This document shows, in pieces, positions 62,679 through 64,000 of a DNA stretch of 64,000 nt; the first letter of the stretch is position 1, and every line of letters begins with the position of its first letter. The translations under genes and the position numbers were made by a program. The notes below the pieces were generated by a model. That model saw only the letters and a list, made by a program, of their open reading frames with translations. It was not told where the DNA came from and did no database searches. Source of the DNA: a virus (lineage: Duplodnaviria; Caudoviricetes); IMG/VR virus record IMGVR_UViG_2873737359_000001, positions 32,001-96,000 of that record; one strand, given 5' to 3'.

Positions 62679-63524
62679 TTACACTCTTTTCTTAATGTCG
62701 TTGAGAGTGTAGCCGCTTTCAACCTCAGCTTCGAGATCTTCAATTTTTACCACTTTGAGCCATGCCATTCCAATATAGGCAAGATTCTGTGATAAAACCG
62801 TCGGGTCTTTTACAGTGAATTTTTGTTTAGCGTTTCCTCTAAGAGAAGAAAGCCATACACTGTAATAACGTTGTGACATATTGTGAAAATTGCCTTTTTT
62901 ATATCTGATATTATCCGTATCAGTCGGGAAAAGACTGTCAGATAAGATGGTATGTAATGGTTTATATGCTTCCTGCTTTTCAGCTTTTTTCACATTATCT
63001 CGTGAAAGAAGCTCTTCAAGGTTTAATCCGTAAGCCTTGAGTGTTTTCCCGTCAATCATTGACGGGAAAATTTTTGAAGTGAAACGAGACTTTGCGGACG
63101 TTTCGCCTTTATCATTTGTTATCGCTTCAGTGTAGGTGTAAAACCCTAACTTAACAGCGGTAAAGGTACGTGCGAAAACATCATTTTGAAATTCTGCCAT
63201 TAAATCTGCCGGAATATCATTTATCCATTTATCAGACGCTTTATTGAAAGCGTCTTTAATAGAAATAATCTCATCCACCTTTTTATTGTGGGCGTCCACA
63301 AGTTTAGAAATTGTAGTGTCATACTTTTCATATTCTGCCTGTATTACTTTACTGTCAATCATAGTGTAACCATGATTAAAAGCCCAATACTGACATGCAT
63401 ACTGAAAGTATGCTACATCGGTGACATTTTCCGGAACCTCCCATTTTTTAACAGGAAATTCGATGTTACCTTTTTTATTAAGCTTAAATACTGGAGTTAC
63501 GATTTTAATAGTGTTTGTTTTCAT
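62679..63524 (-). CDS. Hypothetical early protein (start MKTNTIK at 63524)
   Basis: AAAGG RBS before 63524; the track start at 63623 is likely too long. Confidence 0.7.
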   Translation of the reverse strand: MKTNTIKIVTPVFKLNKKGNIEFPVKKWEVPENVTDVAYFQYACQYWAFNHGYTMIDSKVIQAEYEKYDTTISKLVDAHNKKVDEIISIKDAFNKASDKWINDIPADLMAEFQNDVFARTFTAVKLGFYTYTEAITNDKGETSAKSRFTSKIFPSMIDGKTLKAYGLNLEELLSRDNVKKAEKQEAYKPLHTILSDSLFPTDTDNIRYKKGNFHNMSQRYYSVWLSSLRGNAKQKFTVKDPTVLSQNLAYIGMAWLKVVKIEDLEAEVESGYTLNDIKKRV

Positions 63525-64000
63525 AATAATCGCCTTTCTTGCCTGTCTATACAAGCACATGTAATTAATATTGTTTAGTAACATGTGGGTTATTCCCACA
63601 ATTAAGATGACTATAAAAATCAACTTAATTGTGAAAATAACACAAGAAAAGCATATAAACCTATTTTTGGTTGCCGTAATGGGAACCGGTGTTCTTCTCT
63701 ATGGATACCTGTATACGGTATCAGAATATAATCGTTCAATGGGGTACATCTCACATGACATGCACACGACCACAACCCCACATGGCGTTGTGAAATCCAT
63801 TTAATAAGAAATATTCAATCTGTCAAGGTACGAGCTTTACCACGTGGGTAAAGGGTGCGTGTTATCGGGTTACAATGGGGGCTGAGGTGTTCGAAACCTC
63901 ATGAGAAAATCCCCCGTAGGGAAGTAAAGCAAGAACGCTTTACTAACTATATGTGTGGGCTTTTACCCCACCGTTCAAGTCTATTCCCTTGAACTGATTA

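Noticed and set aside
383-63804. Plus-strand ORFs and nested alternate-frame ORFs in the track (e.g. 20061-20819, 60321-60950, 38956-39156, 9879-10202)
   Set aside because: They are antisense shadows of real minus-strand genes or overlap structured RNA, and lack convincing RBSs and protein-like composition.
63877-63920. tRNA suggested by GTTCGAA loop
   Set aside because: No D-arm or anticodon arm could be built.

Overview
This window is a ~30% GC segment of a large temperate Firmicutes (probably Lachnospiraceae/Clostridia) phage or prophage with SPbeta-like organisation. Essentially all real genes are on the minus strand, so it reads right to left. 64-43 kb is a dense field of small early/accessory genes, including ParB-like, DUF932, DUF2786, XRE and a replication-initiator-like gene. 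43-36.8 kb holds a stand-alone reverse transcriptase (41771-43045, YSDD), an antirepressor, two uncharacterised genes and four ~150-nt non-coding units. These units share a closing stem, two short motifs and a long hairpin of unrelated sequence. This RT plus ncRNA-array locus is the best candidate for an undescribed system. 30.4-27.2 kb is a tyrosine recombinase / DGQHR-like / MrpR-like trio resembling SPbeta yopP-yopQ-yopR, and about 20 copies of a promoter/operator-like element are spread across the window. An NAD-dependent ligase is split by an HNH gene with no intron. Next come a P-type ATPase-vWA-TerD-PspA-like operon, Pth2 and a five-tRNA cluster with atypical tRNAs and two structured non-coding tracts. 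The replication module is SSB-like, AAA, DnaB, primase, HNH, PD-(D/E)XK nuclease and DnaE (truncated at the left edge). All family calls come from reading motifs by eye, with no database searches.
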